A stretch of DNA of 64,000 bases from Minisyncoccota bacterium (GTDB lineage: Bacteria; Patescibacteriota; Minisyncoccia; Phycocordibacterales; UBA9973), in the NCBI GenBank assembly GCA_031972855.1, contig DALYDY010000002.1, forward strand, positions 99,263 to 163,262. Direction: 5' to 3'. Positions within the stretch are counted from its first letter, which is position 1; each line of letters begins with the position of its first letter. This document shows positions 47,621 to 58,017 of the stretch, piece after piece. The position numbers were made by a program, and so were the translations under genes. Under the pieces are notes generated by a model that did no database searches, was not told where the DNA came from, and saw nothing but the letters and a program-made list of their open reading frames with translations.

Positions 47621-48919
47621 TTATTTTTTAGGAATAAACGTTAATGCTTTTCCTGTTTTACCAGCACGTCCTGTTCTTCCAATGCGGTGAATGTATGTTT
47701 CGTAAGAAGAAGGGATTTCGTAGTTAATAACATGAGACACGTTATTAATATCAAGACCACGGGCTGCAACGTCTGTAGCGATAAGAACCTGAACTTCACT
47801 ATCTTTAAATTTCTTGAGTGAACGTTGTCTTTCGCGATGACGTTTGTCGCCGTGTATTGATTCAACCATAAATCCTCTCTTTTGAAGTTCTTCAGTCAAA
47901 TCTTCAACCCCGTGTTTTGTTTCTCCAAAGATAAGAACTTTGTCAAAATCTTTTTGAGTTAACAAATCATGAAGCTGTTCAATTTTGTGGTGTCTTTCTT
48001 TATATTCAACAATATCTTGATCAATATTTTTTGATGTATCACGAGATTTCACAGAAATCTTTATTGGGTCTTTTGTAAATTCATAAATGAATTTTTCAAT
48101 TGCTGGAGGGAGTGTTGCAGAGAAAAGAAGAGTTTGTCTTTCTTCTTTTGTTTTTTGAATAATCAAACGCATGTCATCTATAAATCCCATATCAAGCATT
48201 TGATCTGCTTCATCAAGCACAACAATATCAGTATCTCCAAGATACAAAGCTCCTCTATCATGAAGATCTTTCAAACGTCCTGGTGTACCAATAACTATGT
48301 GGTGTTTTCTTTTGAGTTCACTAATTTGTCTAAAAATTGGAGCACCACCAACACAAACCACAGTCCACATTCTTTGACCTTTTATATATTCAAAAGCTTC
48401 ACGTTCAACTTGAATTGCAAGTTCACGTGTTGGAGCCATAATTATTGCTTTTGTTGCTAGACCTTTTGAAATACGATCAATAATAGGAATTAGAAACGCT
48501 GCAGTTTTACCTGTTCCAGTGTTTGCTAGTCCAACAATATCGCGTCCTTCAAGACCAGCAGGAATTGCTTTGTCTTGAATTGGGCTTGGAGCTGTAAACC
48601 CACGAGCAATAACTGTCTTTTTTAATGTTTCATTCATTTCAAAATCATTAAAAGTATGAGTAGGCACAAAAACTTCTTCAGTAGTTGTCACTGCACGATT
48701 AACGAATTTTGAGAAATCAATAAATGATCCCTGACGGCGTCTACTACCACCTCCACGATTGTTAAATTTTCCTCGTCCAGAAGAGAAAGATCTACTTCCT
48801 CCAACAGTGCCGAAGCCAGTTTTCTTTTTAAACCCACCAGTAGGTTTTGCCGAGTTACCAGATTGGTAACTCTTTGTATATGTTTTTTTATGTTCCATAA
48901 GTGGCCACAAATTCACCAC
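47621..48919 (-). CDS. DEAD-box ATP-dependent RNA helicase with an RG-rich C-terminal tail
   Basis: Q-motif, AxTGTGKT, DEAD (VLDEADQMLDMGF), SAT, HRIGRTGRAG. Confidence 0.9.
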   Translation of the reverse strand: MVNLWPLMEHKKTYTKSYQSGNSAKPTGGFKKKTGFGTVGGSRSFSSGRGKFNNRGGGSRRRQGSFIDFSKFVNRAVTTTEEVFVPTHTFNDFEMNETLKKTVIARGFTAPSPIQDKAIPAGLEGRDIVGLANTGTGKTAAFLIPIIDRISKGLATKAIIMAPTRELAIQVEREAFEYIKGQRMWTVVCVGGAPIFRQISELKRKHHIVIGTPGRLKDLHDRGALYLGDTDIVVLDEADQMLDMGFIDDMRLIIQKTKEERQTLLFSATLPPAIEKFIYEFTKDPIKISVKSRDTSKNIDQDIVEYKERHHKIEQLHDLLTQKDFDKVLIFGETKHGVEDLTEELQKRGFMVESIHGDKRHRERQRSLKKFKDSEVQVLIATDVAARGLDINNVSHVINYEIPSSYETYIHRIGRTGRAGKTGKALTFIPKK

Positions 48920-49083
48920 TTAGAAATAAAAATCTACATTGTTGTAGATATACGGAGAATCAATGACTTATAAAGAATAGCATATTTATACTTCTGTGTC
49001 AATACAAACAATATATTTATAGACAAAAAGAAAACCCCATGAGATGTCGCATTTTTGCACTATCTCACGGGGTTAATAAAAAA

Positions 49084-50856
49084 CTAAACAATCATAGGAT
49101 TTGTTTGTCTATCCCACATTTCTCTGTATATTGGCGACATTTCTAAAAGGTCGTCATGTTTTCCAGATTTGAGAACTTCCCCATCATCCATCAAAACAAC
49201 TTCATCGAGTACTGCCACCGTCGATAGACGATGAGCAATCACAATAAGAGTCTTATCTTTGAAATGATCTCTGATAGATTCTTGAATTGAACATTCAGTA
49301 ATAGAATCCAGAGCACTGGTCGGCTCATCCATGATCACTATCGGTGCATCTTTTAATATTGCAGATGCGATAGCGATACGTTGAGCTTCCCCACCAGAGA
49401 GTTTAATTCCCTTTTCACCAACAAGAGTATTGAGTCCGTCTGGTAATTTTTCCCATACGAATTCGGCTTTTGCTTTTGCTAGTGCGGACATAATTTCATT
49501 ATCAGTAGCATGTTCTTTTCCAAGTGCGACAAGGTCGCGAACTTTCCTGTTGGGAAAATTATGATTCTGTGGAACATAAGAGATCATTGATCTTATTTGA
49601 TTTTTTTCAATATTATTCAATTTAACAATATCTAAATCTTTTCCAAAATACATTTGACCATCTGTAGCTTCATGTATCCTCAATAGCAATTTTACTACTG
49701 TAGACTTACCAGCTCCTGAGTGCCCCACGATTCCATAGTGCCTCCCTCCTTCAAAAGTGAAATTGAATTTTTTAAGTATTTCTTCTCCTTTTGGGTAAGA
49801 GAATTCAACATCTTCAAAACAAATGTTTCTTTTAAATATTGATTCATCTACATACAGAGATTCATCTGATTCAATTTTTTCATTACCTACTTCGTCTAGC
49901 AACGCTGACATCTCGTAAGCATCAGCAATTGATGAGCGAATTTTAGAAAGACTTTGACCCAAATTGTACATATAGCTAGCTAGTGTAACAATATAGGATT
50001 GAATCATGACTGCTGTACCTATAGTCTGCTCTCCTGATATCACATCAAGTATTACTATATACATGACACAAGTCTCAAGGGCAAGCATGAGCAATGATTG
50101 CACAGCCAGATGAACATTTGAAATATTCCAAGTTTTTAATCTCAATTTTCTCTCTACTTTTGTAGTTTCCTTGAAATGCCTATTTTCACGAGGCAGAGAA
50201 GAAAAAATACGAAGAGTAAAAATAGAAAGAATAATATCACTAAATTCTCCTGTTGTTTTTGAATCTGCATTTGCACTCGCTAGATCATGCTTTGTACGAA
50301 TACGAAACACGATAAAAACAAACAATACAAACAAAGAAACCCAAACAAAGAAAACAATTGAAAGCTTTGGAATGATCATCAATGTGAAGATTAATAAATA
50401 AGCAACTAGAAATACTGACCTAAAAATAGTAAAGACAAGTTGATCAATCACATTTTCGGACATAGCTGCAAAGCGTTTTGCTTTTGCTACCATGGCACCA
50501 GATGAATGTGAGTTGAAAAAATCTGTACTTTTTGTAAGTAGACCCTTGAGTGCATAATTTTTTAAATCTTGAATTATTCCAGATTCACAATAAGATATAA
50601 CCTGAAATCCAATTCGATTTAAAATCCATGAAATCAGAGCATATATCCCTATCCAAATAAATGGTATCCAGGGTAACTCTTTTTTCAAAAGAAGATCAAA
50701 GACATCTTTCCATGCTGTCGGCTTCAATAATTCTGCATATAATGCCAGAATATATGAGATAGACAGAATAGATAGACTAATCCAGTAATTCTTGAATACT
50801 GGTGACCAGTGGCGCCAAACTGTGGCAACCATCTTGGGTGATTGTTTGTTTTTCAT
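49084..50856 (-). CDS. ABC exporter, fused permease and ATPase (MsbA-like)
   Basis: 6-TM N-terminal domain; Walker A GHSGAGKST, signature LSGGEAQRIAIA, Walker B IMDEPTSALD. Confidence 0.85.
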   Translation of the reverse strand: MKNKQSPKMVATVWRHWSPVFKNYWISLSILSISYILALYAELLKPTAWKDVFDLLLKKELPWIPFIWIGIYALISWILNRIGFQVISYCESGIIQDLKNYALKGLLTKSTDFFNSHSSGAMVAKAKRFAAMSENVIDQLVFTIFRSVFLVAYLLIFTLMIIPKLSIVFFVWVSLFVLFVFIVFRIRTKHDLASANADSKTTGEFSDIILSIFTLRIFSSLPRENRHFKETTKVERKLRLKTWNISNVHLAVQSLLMLALETCVMYIVILDVISGEQTIGTAVMIQSYIVTLASYMYNLGQSLSKIRSSIADAYEMSALLDEVGNEKIESDESLYVDESIFKRNICFEDVEFSYPKGEEILKKFNFTFEGGRHYGIVGHSGAGKSTVVKLLLRIHEATDGQMYFGKDLDIVKLNNIEKNQIRSMISYVPQNHNFPNRKVRDLVALGKEHATDNEIMSALAKAKAEFVWEKLPDGLNTLVGEKGIKLSGGEAQRIAIASAILKDAPIVIMDEPTSALDSITECSIQESIRDHFKDKTLIVIAHRLSTVAVLDEVVLMDDGEVLKSGKHDDLLEMSPIYREMWDRQTNPMIV

Positions 50857-51090
50857 AATTTTATTTAATTTTAAAGGTACTTTTTATTGCTAAAACAAAA
50901 ACTCGAGCTCCTGTTCAGCTCGAGTTCTCTAATCAACTAAGAAATTAAGGGCTAAACATGAACACAATATGTAGAAATAAGAACACCAAATACAGACCAA
51001 TTGTGATTGGCTTGGGCGTTTCTATTCATATATGTGTTATGCGTTTGCATGACAATACATTAGCATATTTATAGATAATTGTCAAAACAA

Positions 51091-51122
51091 AAGACGCGCC
51101 CATTCTGGGCGCGTCTTTTGTT
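51091..51122. terminator. bidirectional intrinsic terminator
   Basis: aaaagacgcgccc…gggcgcgtcttttg hairpin downstream of the 51135..51419 (-) gene. Confidence 0.55.
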
Positions 51123-51134
51123 TGTTCACCATTT

Positions 51135-51419
51135 TTATGCAGCTATTTTTGGAATAGTCACATCTTTTACAGATACAATATCTGCTGTACCTATATCTCC
51201 ACCTTCTTCTTGTTCTTTTACTTGAACCAAAGTCACAGTCAAGTCTTCTTTGTTTTTATCGAAAACTTCCCATGTACCACCTTCGTATTCTACAAAAGTG
51301 TGCATTCCTATAAGATTTAGTTTTTCTTCAAGACGTCTCTTTTCTTGATGTTCTTGTGTACCAAAATCAGAACCAAGCTGGTCGTGAATCTTTTTCATTG
51401 TATTTTCGTTGTGTTCCAT
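51135..51419 (-). CDS. hypothetical protein
   Basis: ORF only. Confidence 0.4.
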   Translation of the reverse strand: MEHNENTMKKIHDQLGSDFGTQEHQEKRRLEEKLNLIGMHTFVEYEGGTWEVFDKNKEDLTVTLVQVKEQEEGGDIGTADIVSVKDVTIPKIAA

Positions 51420-51522
51420 AATTTTAAAATTAAACTAATATTCGCACTGAGTATCCGATTCCAAAAATCTACTTACAATAAGTCTAGCAAGATGGACCAT
51501 ATATAGCAATATAAAAACCCTT

Positions 51523-52152
51523 TCAACTATTAGCTAAAAGGGTTTTGTCTTGAAAAAAAAGATTCCTTAAAATATCCTTCTCTTTATTCTTAAGACATTG
51601 AAAATCAAGAGTTAATAACCATTTTCTACTTCTCATTACTTTCAATATTTCAGATTCGTCAAAAACTAATTCTGAAATATCAATAATAACAATATCTCCA
51701 TTAACAACACCATAACCACTGAACTTAAATGAATTATCTGAGAAACCTAGACGCAAAGTTTTTTCTTGAAAATAACAAAATTTATGAAGAATATCTTGTC
51801 TCTCTTTTTCGTTTGATTTTTTCAAATAATCTCTTAAAGTTATAACTTTATCTTGAACAAAAGTTGTACCAAAAAATATTGGATTTGCAAAAATTTCGGA
51901 ATATTCTTTTAAATTCCTAATTACACAAAATGTACGTAACATATGTTTTTTTCTGGCTGAAAAATTATGGAATATTTCAAATAATCTCCAAAATAAAAAT
52001 ATTCTAGAAATAATTTGTTTCCATAGAGGACGCATTACTTTAATTACTTTTTTAGGATCTGTTTTTGAGTCAAAAACAATATAATCCCAACCTTCACCAA
52101 CCACTACCCGTGATTGAAATAGGTATAGTATGATTTTTGTTAAAATTCTCAT
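51523..52152 (-). CDS. hypothetical protein
   Basis: ORF only. Confidence 0.4.
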   Translation of the reverse strand: MRILTKIILYLFQSRVVVGEGWDYIVFDSKTDPKKVIKVMRPLWKQIISRIFLFWRLFEIFHNFSARKKHMLRTFCVIRNLKEYSEIFANPIFFGTTFVQDKVITLRDYLKKSNEKERQDILHKFCYFQEKTLRLGFSDNSFKFSGYGVVNGDIVIIDISELVFDESEILKVMRSRKWLLTLDFQCLKNKEKDILRNLFFQDKTLLANS

Positions 52153-52242
52153 TTTGTTTTTTATTTTTTAAAACAATACAATATTTTGAAAAAAATGTAA
52201 ATAAAAAACTCTCAATCGAGAGTTTTTTATTTTTATTGGGAT

Positions 52243-53283
52243 TTATTTTTGTACTGTCTTAATCACATGATCTACAAGAGTGTGAGTGTACCCCATTTCA
52301 TTGTCGTACCATCCCATTACCTTTACCAAGTTTCCTCCAACAACACGAGTCATCTCAAGGTCTGCAATAGATGCATGAGAATTGCCAAGAATATCAGAAG
52401 ATACTAGAGGTTCTTCAGTCACTGAAAAAATATTTTTCCAATTATCACTCATTGAAGCTTTTTTCAATATTTCATTTACTTCTTCGGCTGTTGTATTGCG
52501 TTTTGAAATAAATGTCACATCAACAATAGATCCAGCAGGAACAGGTACACGGATAGATATACCATCAAAGAGTCCTTCGAGTTCTGGATATGCCTTTGTC
52601 ACCGCAATAGCAGCGCCTGTTGAAGATGGAACTATATTTTGAGCCGCAGCACGTCCTTCACGGAGATCCTTTTTACTTGGACCATCAACGAGAGATTGAG
52701 ATGCTGTATATCCATGAACAGTGTTAAGAATAGCTTTTTCAATTCCTAGAGCTTCACTCAAGATTCCAATAAGTGGTGAAGCGGCATTTGTAGTACAAGA
52801 AGCGTTTGAAGTGATAGGACACATTCCAAATTTATCTTCATTCACACCGAGAAGTATTGTTTGACCAAGAGTTCCCTCGCCTTCACCTTTTGCAGGTGCA
52901 GTAATCACAACCTTCTTCGCTCCACAATCAATATGAAAATGTGCTTTTGCATAATCTGTGAAGAGTCCTGTTGATTCTACAACAACATCCACATCAAGAG
53001 CTCCCCAAGGAAGCTTTGTTGTATCTTTCTCAGAAACGAAAGTTACTTTTTTTCCATCAATAACAAGATTAGTTCCATCGATTTTTACATCATGACCCCA
53101 ATTGCGATACACAGTGTCATATTTCAAAAGATATGCAAGACTTTCTATACTTCCAAGGTCATTCACGGCTACTATTTCAATTTCTGGTCTTTCCCATGCA
53201 ATCTTAAGGAAAGCTCTCCCAATTCTTCCAAAGCCATTAATAGTAACACGAATTTTTTTATGATTTGAATTAAATAATTTCAT
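52243..53283 (-). CDS. gap: glyceraldehyde-3-phosphate dehydrogenase
   Basis: NGFGRIGR NAD-binding motif, catalytic SNASCTTN; start taken at MKLFNSN. Confidence 0.9.
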   Translation of the reverse strand: MKLFNSNHKKIRVTINGFGRIGRAFLKIAWERPEIEIVAVNDLGSIESLAYLLKYDTVYRNWGHDVKIDGTNLVIDGKKVTFVSEKDTTKLPWGALDVDVVVESTGLFTDYAKAHFHIDCGAKKVVITAPAKGEGEGTLGQTILLGVNEDKFGMCPITSNASCTTNAASPLIGILSEALGIEKAILNTVHGYTASQSLVDGPSKKDLREGRAAAQNIVPSSTGAAIAVTKAYPELEGLFDGISIRVPVPAGSIVDVTFISKRNTTAEEVNEILKKASMSDNWKNIFSVTEEPLVSSDILGNSHASIADLEMTRVVGGNLVKVMGWYDNEMGYTHTLVDHVIKTVQK

Positions 53284-53342
53284 ATGGATAATTATACCAA
53301 AAAACAAAAAGGCCTGCATTGTGTAAGCCTAAGAACAAAAGC

Positions 53343-53564
53343 CTATTTACAAATAATCACATGTTTACCCCAAGGTATACGATTCCACACCCTCTCATGA
53401 GCAAAATACATAAAGATACTAAATATATTAGATATAACAACAAGTATAAGTGTTTTTTCAGCACTTTGTGTTACCAAAAAAGCAACAGTACTATCAAATA
53501 TAATACTAATAATACGATAAGTTATAGCTTTTATTATTGAACGATTTCTTTTGTCGTGATGCAT
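53343..53564 (-). CDS. DUF2061-like small membrane protein
   Basis: KAITYRIISII… pattern; two TM helices. Confidence 0.45.
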   Translation of the reverse strand: MHHDKRNRSIIKAITYRIISIIFDSTVAFLVTQSAEKTLILVVISNIFSIFMYFAHERVWNRIPWGKHVIICK

Positions 53565-53568
53565 ATAA

Positions 53569-53949
53569 TTATTTAAACCAATTAATTTTCCAATCTTCCA
53601 TCATGTCTATTTCTTTTGTTTGAGCTGAAACAATATCATTTGCAAGTTTAATCAGTTCTGGTCTTTTTGATATTTCAAGAACTTGATTAGCCATAACAAC
53701 AGCACCTTCATGATGGACTATCATTTGTTTTAAAAATTCTCTATCAAATTCATCACCAGCTTTACCTTCAAGTGAAGATGACATATCTTTCATCATAGAG
53801 TCCATAGACATTTCAGTATGCATATCTCCCGCCATCTTTGAACCATCATTCATTGTGTGTTCCGTATTTTTTGGAAAAAATTGAGAACCAATGAAAGAAC
53901 CAATTATTAGACAAACAATTCCAACAATAATAGTATTTTTATTTTGCAT
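53569..53949 (-). CDS. DUF305 (ferritin-like) domain protein, membrane-anchored
   Basis: FDREFLKQMIVHHEGAVVMA… is typical of DUF305. Confidence 0.6.
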   Translation of the reverse strand: MQNKNTIIVGIVCLIIGSFIGSQFFPKNTEHTMNDGSKMAGDMHTEMSMDSMMKDMSSSLEGKAGDEFDREFLKQMIVHHEGAVVMANQVLEISKRPELIKLANDIVSAQTKEIDMMEDWKINWFK

Positions 53950-54042
53950 TACATTATTATAACAAAAAATTTATACAGCAACCATTATTGTAATTTATTG
54001 TTTAAAATTTGTTTATAGTATAGAATAACAAAAAAATAAAAA

Positions 54043-54465
54043 ATGGGAAATATAAAGATTTTAATTGTAGACGACCTAAAATTGGCACATATGCCGATTG
54101 GAAAATTTTTGCAAGATTTTGTCTTTATAGAAAATGAACTTATCATTATTGATGCTTATAATACAACCCAAGCCAAACATCTTCTAAAACAATCAGAATA
54201 TAATTTAGTAATGTTAGATGGTGATGTTGGAGGTAATTGGGGTTATGAAATAATTCAAGATATTTTAAAAAACAACAAAAATATTACAATTATTTCAAGT
54301 TCCAATCATGATGATTTCAATACAAGAAATGTAAGTATGGGATCACATGGAGCTATAAACAAAACATATATTTATGATTGGAATGACAAAGGTGGATTAT
54401 TTAGAACACAAAAAGCAAAAATAATAAGGGAAATTTTTTATAAGAGAAATTCAGGTAATCTTTAA
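54043..54465 (+). CDS. orphan response-regulator receiver (REC) domain protein
   Basis: KILIVDD…VMLDG…; CheY-like with no output domain and no adjacent kinase. Confidence 0.55.
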   Translation: MGNIKILIVDDLKLAHMPIGKFLQDFVFIENELIIIDAYNTTQAKHLLKQSEYNLVMLDGDVGGNWGYEIIQDILKNNKNITIISSSNHDDFNTRNVSMGSHGAINKTYIYDWNDKGGLFRTQKAKIIREIFYKRNSGNL

Positions 54466-54609
54466 GACACTCAAACTAGTGTCTTTTATTTTGATTTAAA
54501 TATTGCAATTTTAATTTTTTGTTGCTATAAATACATCACTGCTCTTTTATAAAAAAGATTCGTTGTAATGTTAAAGCCGGACTCCTATTTAGGAGGCCGG
54601 CTTGCTTGT

Positions 54610-55023
54610 TCAAAATGGATAGTCATCTTCGTTAAAAGAATGTGGGAATTCAAAATGTAGTTGTTGAGTTTTTTTAATAACAATCCTTTGTTTGAATTCT
54701 CTTGGAACTTTTTTAAATGACAAAGCCATTTTTACAGCTCCATGAAATCCAGTATCAAAGTATTTTTTATACAAATCAATAACACTTCCACTATAACCAC
54801 AACCATAACATTTATATTTAGATAAATTTTGAGAAAACCTGAGTGATGGAGTTTTTTCTTTATGAAAAAAGCATTTGATTGTATAGTCTCCACTTTTTCT
54901 TAATTTTGGTAAAAAAAGTTTATCTTGAGTTTGTATAAAATGATATGCAGCAAGCAAAAGAAAATAGTCAGGATCTAATACGATCCTATCAACAAGGTCT
55001 GGGTCGTATTTGTGTTTTTTCAT
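54610..55023 (-). CDS. standalone CHC2-type (DnaG/primase-like) zinc-finger protein
   Basis: CFFHKEKTPSLRF…YKCYGCGYSGSVIDLY matches the primase CHC2 zinc-binding motif; no TOPRIM domain. Confidence 0.55.
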   Translation of the reverse strand: MKKHKYDPDLVDRIVLDPDYFLLLAAYHFIQTQDKLFLPKLRKSGDYTIKCFFHKEKTPSLRFSQNLSKYKCYGCGYSGSVIDLYKKYFDTGFHGAVKMALSFKKVPREFKQRIVIKKTQQLHFEFPHSFNEDDYPF

Positions 55024-55095
55024 TTTTATAGTGTTTGGAAGGTAGTGTAACAGAAGAGGTGGAGGGAGGCAAATTTATATTATCTTACAGAATAA

Positions 55096-55836
55096 TTACT
55101 TTTTAATACTTTCAAAATCTAAAATGTTTTTTGTAATACCCAAACCACGAGCAATTTCTAAAACATTCTCTGCTCCACCAACATATTGAGAGGTTTTTTC
55201 TACTTCTCTTTTAAATTTTTCTTCTGTGATGTCTTTAGCTTTTTCAAGGATATACTCAACATCATTATCTAACAATAATTGATACCCTTGAGACACAAGG
55301 CGTATCATCTTGTATAAATTTGCAGGATAAGATTTTATGATTTTCAGTTTTTTATTTTTAATGTCTAAAACAGCATCTTCAATAGAAGAAACTTTATTTA
55401 ACCAATTAATTGAGTCGATTTCTTTAATGTCTAAGGCTACGGCTCCAATAGTAAAATCACTTATTCTTTCTAGAGTAGATTCTATACTCTCAGAAGAAGA
55501 AAATATTTTGCAATCGAGATATAAAAAGTCATTATATCTATCTACAGGATTCAGAATCCTAGCTTTCTTGAGTACTTTTGATTTTTCTGAGTCTTTACTT
55601 CCGTAAACAAATCCTGCTTTTAATAAGTTTTGGGCAAATAACTCACCATCTCCGATAACAATACAATCAAAATCTCGTTGTTTTATTTTTTCCTTAAAAT
55701 AATTAAAATGAATAGCGTTTCGAATAGTGCCCCCAAATAAATATACTTTTGTATTTTCAGGAATCAGTTCTTTAATCTCATTTAGAATTATTCTATTAGA
55801 AAGATTGTGAAGAAATATAGGTAAGGCATTTTCCAT
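55096..55836 (-). CDS. Pol-beta-superfamily nucleotidyltransferase (CCA-adding / poly(A) polymerase head-domain-like)
   Basis: LFGGTIRNAI…DFDCIVIG (GGxxR…DxD). Confidence 0.5.
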   Translation of the reverse strand: MENALPIFLHNLSNRIILNEIKELIPENTKVYLFGGTIRNAIHFNYFKEKIKQRDFDCIVIGDGELFAQNLLKAGFVYGSKDSEKSKVLKKARILNPVDRYNDFLYLDCKIFSSSESIESTLERISDFTIGAVALDIKEIDSINWLNKVSSIEDAVLDIKNKKLKIIKSYPANLYKMIRLVSQGYQLLLDNDVEYILEKAKDITEEKFKREVEKTSQYVGGAENVLEIARGLGITKNILDFESIKK

Positions 55837-55940
55837 TAAATAATTATATCATGAGTTTAAATTCTCTATCATGGTAAAAATTTTTGTCTTTGGAATCGGT
55901 AACAAATCACTAAATATTTTTATTCACTTATATAAATTTA

Positions 55941-56153
55941 GTACAGGACTCGATCCTTACAGGATCAGTACAGATTTTTCATTTTTGAAAACAAATACAT
56001 TTTCAAAAATAAGGAACAATCTTTTCTCGTCCTGACACAAGCCAAGCAGTTGGCTTGTTTACGGTCCACATTTGCTAAAGCAAATTTCTATTGCTTTCAA
56101 AAAGCAATAGAAAACAAAAAATCCATCAGGAGATGGATTTTTTGTTTGTGGAC
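55941..56153. repeat. copy 1 of a ~215-bp tRNA-Ala-linked structured repeat
   Basis: Aligns along its length with 58018-58236; begins with gtacaggactc (a tRNA-Ala 3'-end fragment) and ends with a hairpin plus T-run terminator and gtggac. Confidence 0.75.
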
Positions 56154-56286
56154 TACCCTTTTAAATTTTCAAACAACTCACAAGAGCAAAAAAATAAACA
56201 ATGTTCTAGGGTTAAAAATGACTTTAAAATTCACTTACATAAGTTTAATGGGTCAATAGAAGGAGTAGAAATCTGAAAGCATATTA

Positions 56287-56883
56287 TTACACATCACCTT
56301 CAATTTCTTGACCAACAACATACTGACAACCATTCTCTCCAACCTTGGCGCCATGCTCAATTCCTACCGGAACATCGAACCTCTCACCAGTAGAAACGAC
56401 CTTCTGAATACCTCCAGAAAAGCTCACAGAGCCCTCAATTACATAAAAAGATACTTTGCCTTGATGAGTATGATTTTCATACACTGTACCCGGTTTATCG
56501 TGCCATTCGTAGACTATCGGGAATCCTTCGGTCTCAAGTATTTTTTTGAGAAAGTTTATTTTCAAAATGATGCATCTTGGGTTTTCTTCAATAGTATTCA
56601 CGATTTCCTTGTTTGAGAAGATTTCATTCGCTGGATATTGAGATTTTGTGAAATCGTGTTCAATATCGTCTAATAGGTTCCAGTAATGTGAGATATTATT
56701 ACTGTCTTTTGCTTTTATAATTTTTCCACCCAAAAACTCTTGAAAGAGCTTTACTGTAACAAAACATTGCCCCTTTGCAGGATTATTCTGTGACCAATCT
56801 TTTTGCCATGGTTCATAGCAAGTTTCTTTTGTCCAAACAAGAGGAACTATTGTCTCGAAATCACGTAGCGATATTTTATTCAT
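56287..56883 (-). CDS. cupin-domain protein
   Basis: C-terminal cupin barrel (HTHQGKVSFYVIEGSVSF…GERFDVPVGIEH). Confidence 0.55.
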   Translation of the reverse strand: MNKISLRDFETIVPLVWTKETCYEPWQKDWSQNNPAKGQCFVTVKLFQEFLGGKIIKAKDSNNISHYWNLLDDIEHDFTKSQYPANEIFSNKEIVNTIEENPRCIILKINFLKKILETEGFPIVYEWHDKPGTVYENHTHQGKVSFYVIEGSVSFSGGIQKVVSTGERFDVPVGIEHGAKVGENGCQYVVGQEIEGDV

Positions 56884-57202
56884 AATCTTCAATCGGATAA
56901 ATATCAAAAGCTATCTCTTCATACGGATGTACTTTCTTCACTACCTCAATTACTTCCTTGAGAATACTTCTTGGCAACACAACCTCAATTTTTTCTTCTT
57001 CAACAGACTCATATTTCATCGCTTCTCCGATTGAGGGATTTGAATTTTCATTTCCACAATAGCGACCTGTGCCTTTTGTTGAGAATGAACAAAAATCGTA
57101 GTTTCCTATCTTTCCTGCTCCTGCATTGCCAAGAGTCTCGCGAATAATATCTGCGTGCGAGAGAGGTGTGAATATAACAAGTTTTATATTTGATGACTGC
57201 AT
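56876..57202 (-). CDS. YqfO/NIF3 insert-domain-like small protein
   Basis: KLVIFTPLSHADIIRETLGNAGAGKIGNYDFCSF…HPYEEIAFDIYPIE closely resembles the NIF3/YqfO C-terminal insert domain. Confidence 0.55.
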   Translation of the reverse strand: MQSSNIKLVIFTPLSHADIIRETLGNAGAGKIGNYDFCSFSTKGTGRYCGNENSNPSIGEAMKYESVEEEKIEVVLPRSILKEVIEVVKKVHPYEEIAFDIYPIEDYE

Positions 57203-57206
57203 ATTT

Positions 57207-57794
57207 CTATTTCAAAAAATTATTTGGGAATTCTCCGAGCATTTCTTTTGCTCTAAGGTAGTGACATTGAAATGCTTTTTGTACTTCTGGTAATACAATC
57301 TTTCTATTCCAATCCTTTTCTATTTTCTTTTTAAGATACTCTTGGGTAGTGGTAAAATCATCACCATTTTCATTGAAATAACTCGGATAAAATACACCAG
57401 TGAAATGTGACGCTCCATCCGCAGATGAAACAATTTGAGTCTCGATTGGAGTTGTGCGAATATCAATTTCATTTTTCTTTTCCATTAGTTGCCAATATTC
57501 AATAACTTTATCTACGAATTCTTGAGAGAAACCACATTCAAGCATCACTTTCGGTCCTTCAGATAAAGTAACAACTCTTTCGTTCTCTTCATTTATCGGC
57601 TTACCGAAATCATGGAACCACACAAGAGCTTGTACAATATCTCTATCCGCTTCTGTGTAAATATCACAAAGTTCCATTGCGATTTTCTCTACAATTTTAA
57701 GATGATACTCAACCATCCATTCGTGATAAGTAAAATCCTTTCTTGAGAAATTTTCTATCACGATATTCTTAAATTTTGTGAGATTTTCTTGCAT
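57207..57794 (-). CDS. HD-domain phosphohydrolase
   Basis: H…HD motif (ALVWFHDFGK) with downstream D. Confidence 0.6.
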   Translation of the reverse strand: MQENLTKFKNIVIENFSRKDFTYHEWMVEYHLKIVEKIAMELCDIYTEADRDIVQALVWFHDFGKPINEENERVVTLSEGPKVMLECGFSQEFVDKVIEYWQLMEKKNEIDIRTTPIETQIVSSADGASHFTGVFYPSYFNENGDDFTTTQEYLKKKIEKDWNRKIVLPEVQKAFQCHYLRAKEMLGEFPNNFLK

Positions 57795-58017
57795 GTAATT
57801 ATTTGATTATTTTAATAAGTTTTGGAAACCACACTGAATCTCTTCTACCCCTTGTTCAGTCATTTTTTTCATATCTCAAATAATACACCTATAAATAACA
57901 GATTGAAAGAGTTCTAATTCAAATAAGGATTAGTATATATGGGAAATAGTTTTGGAACCCCAAAAATATCTATATTTTAAAAAGTAAAATCCGCATTATA
58001 CATGCGGAGTCTACTAG

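Noticed and set aside
50900-50940. Hairpin actcgagctcctgttcagctcgagt as a terminator for the ABC transporter
   Set aside because: It lies upstream of the transporter's start on the minus strand and is not flanked by a T-run in the appropriate orientation. It is more likely an operator or a chance palindrome, and is left unassigned.
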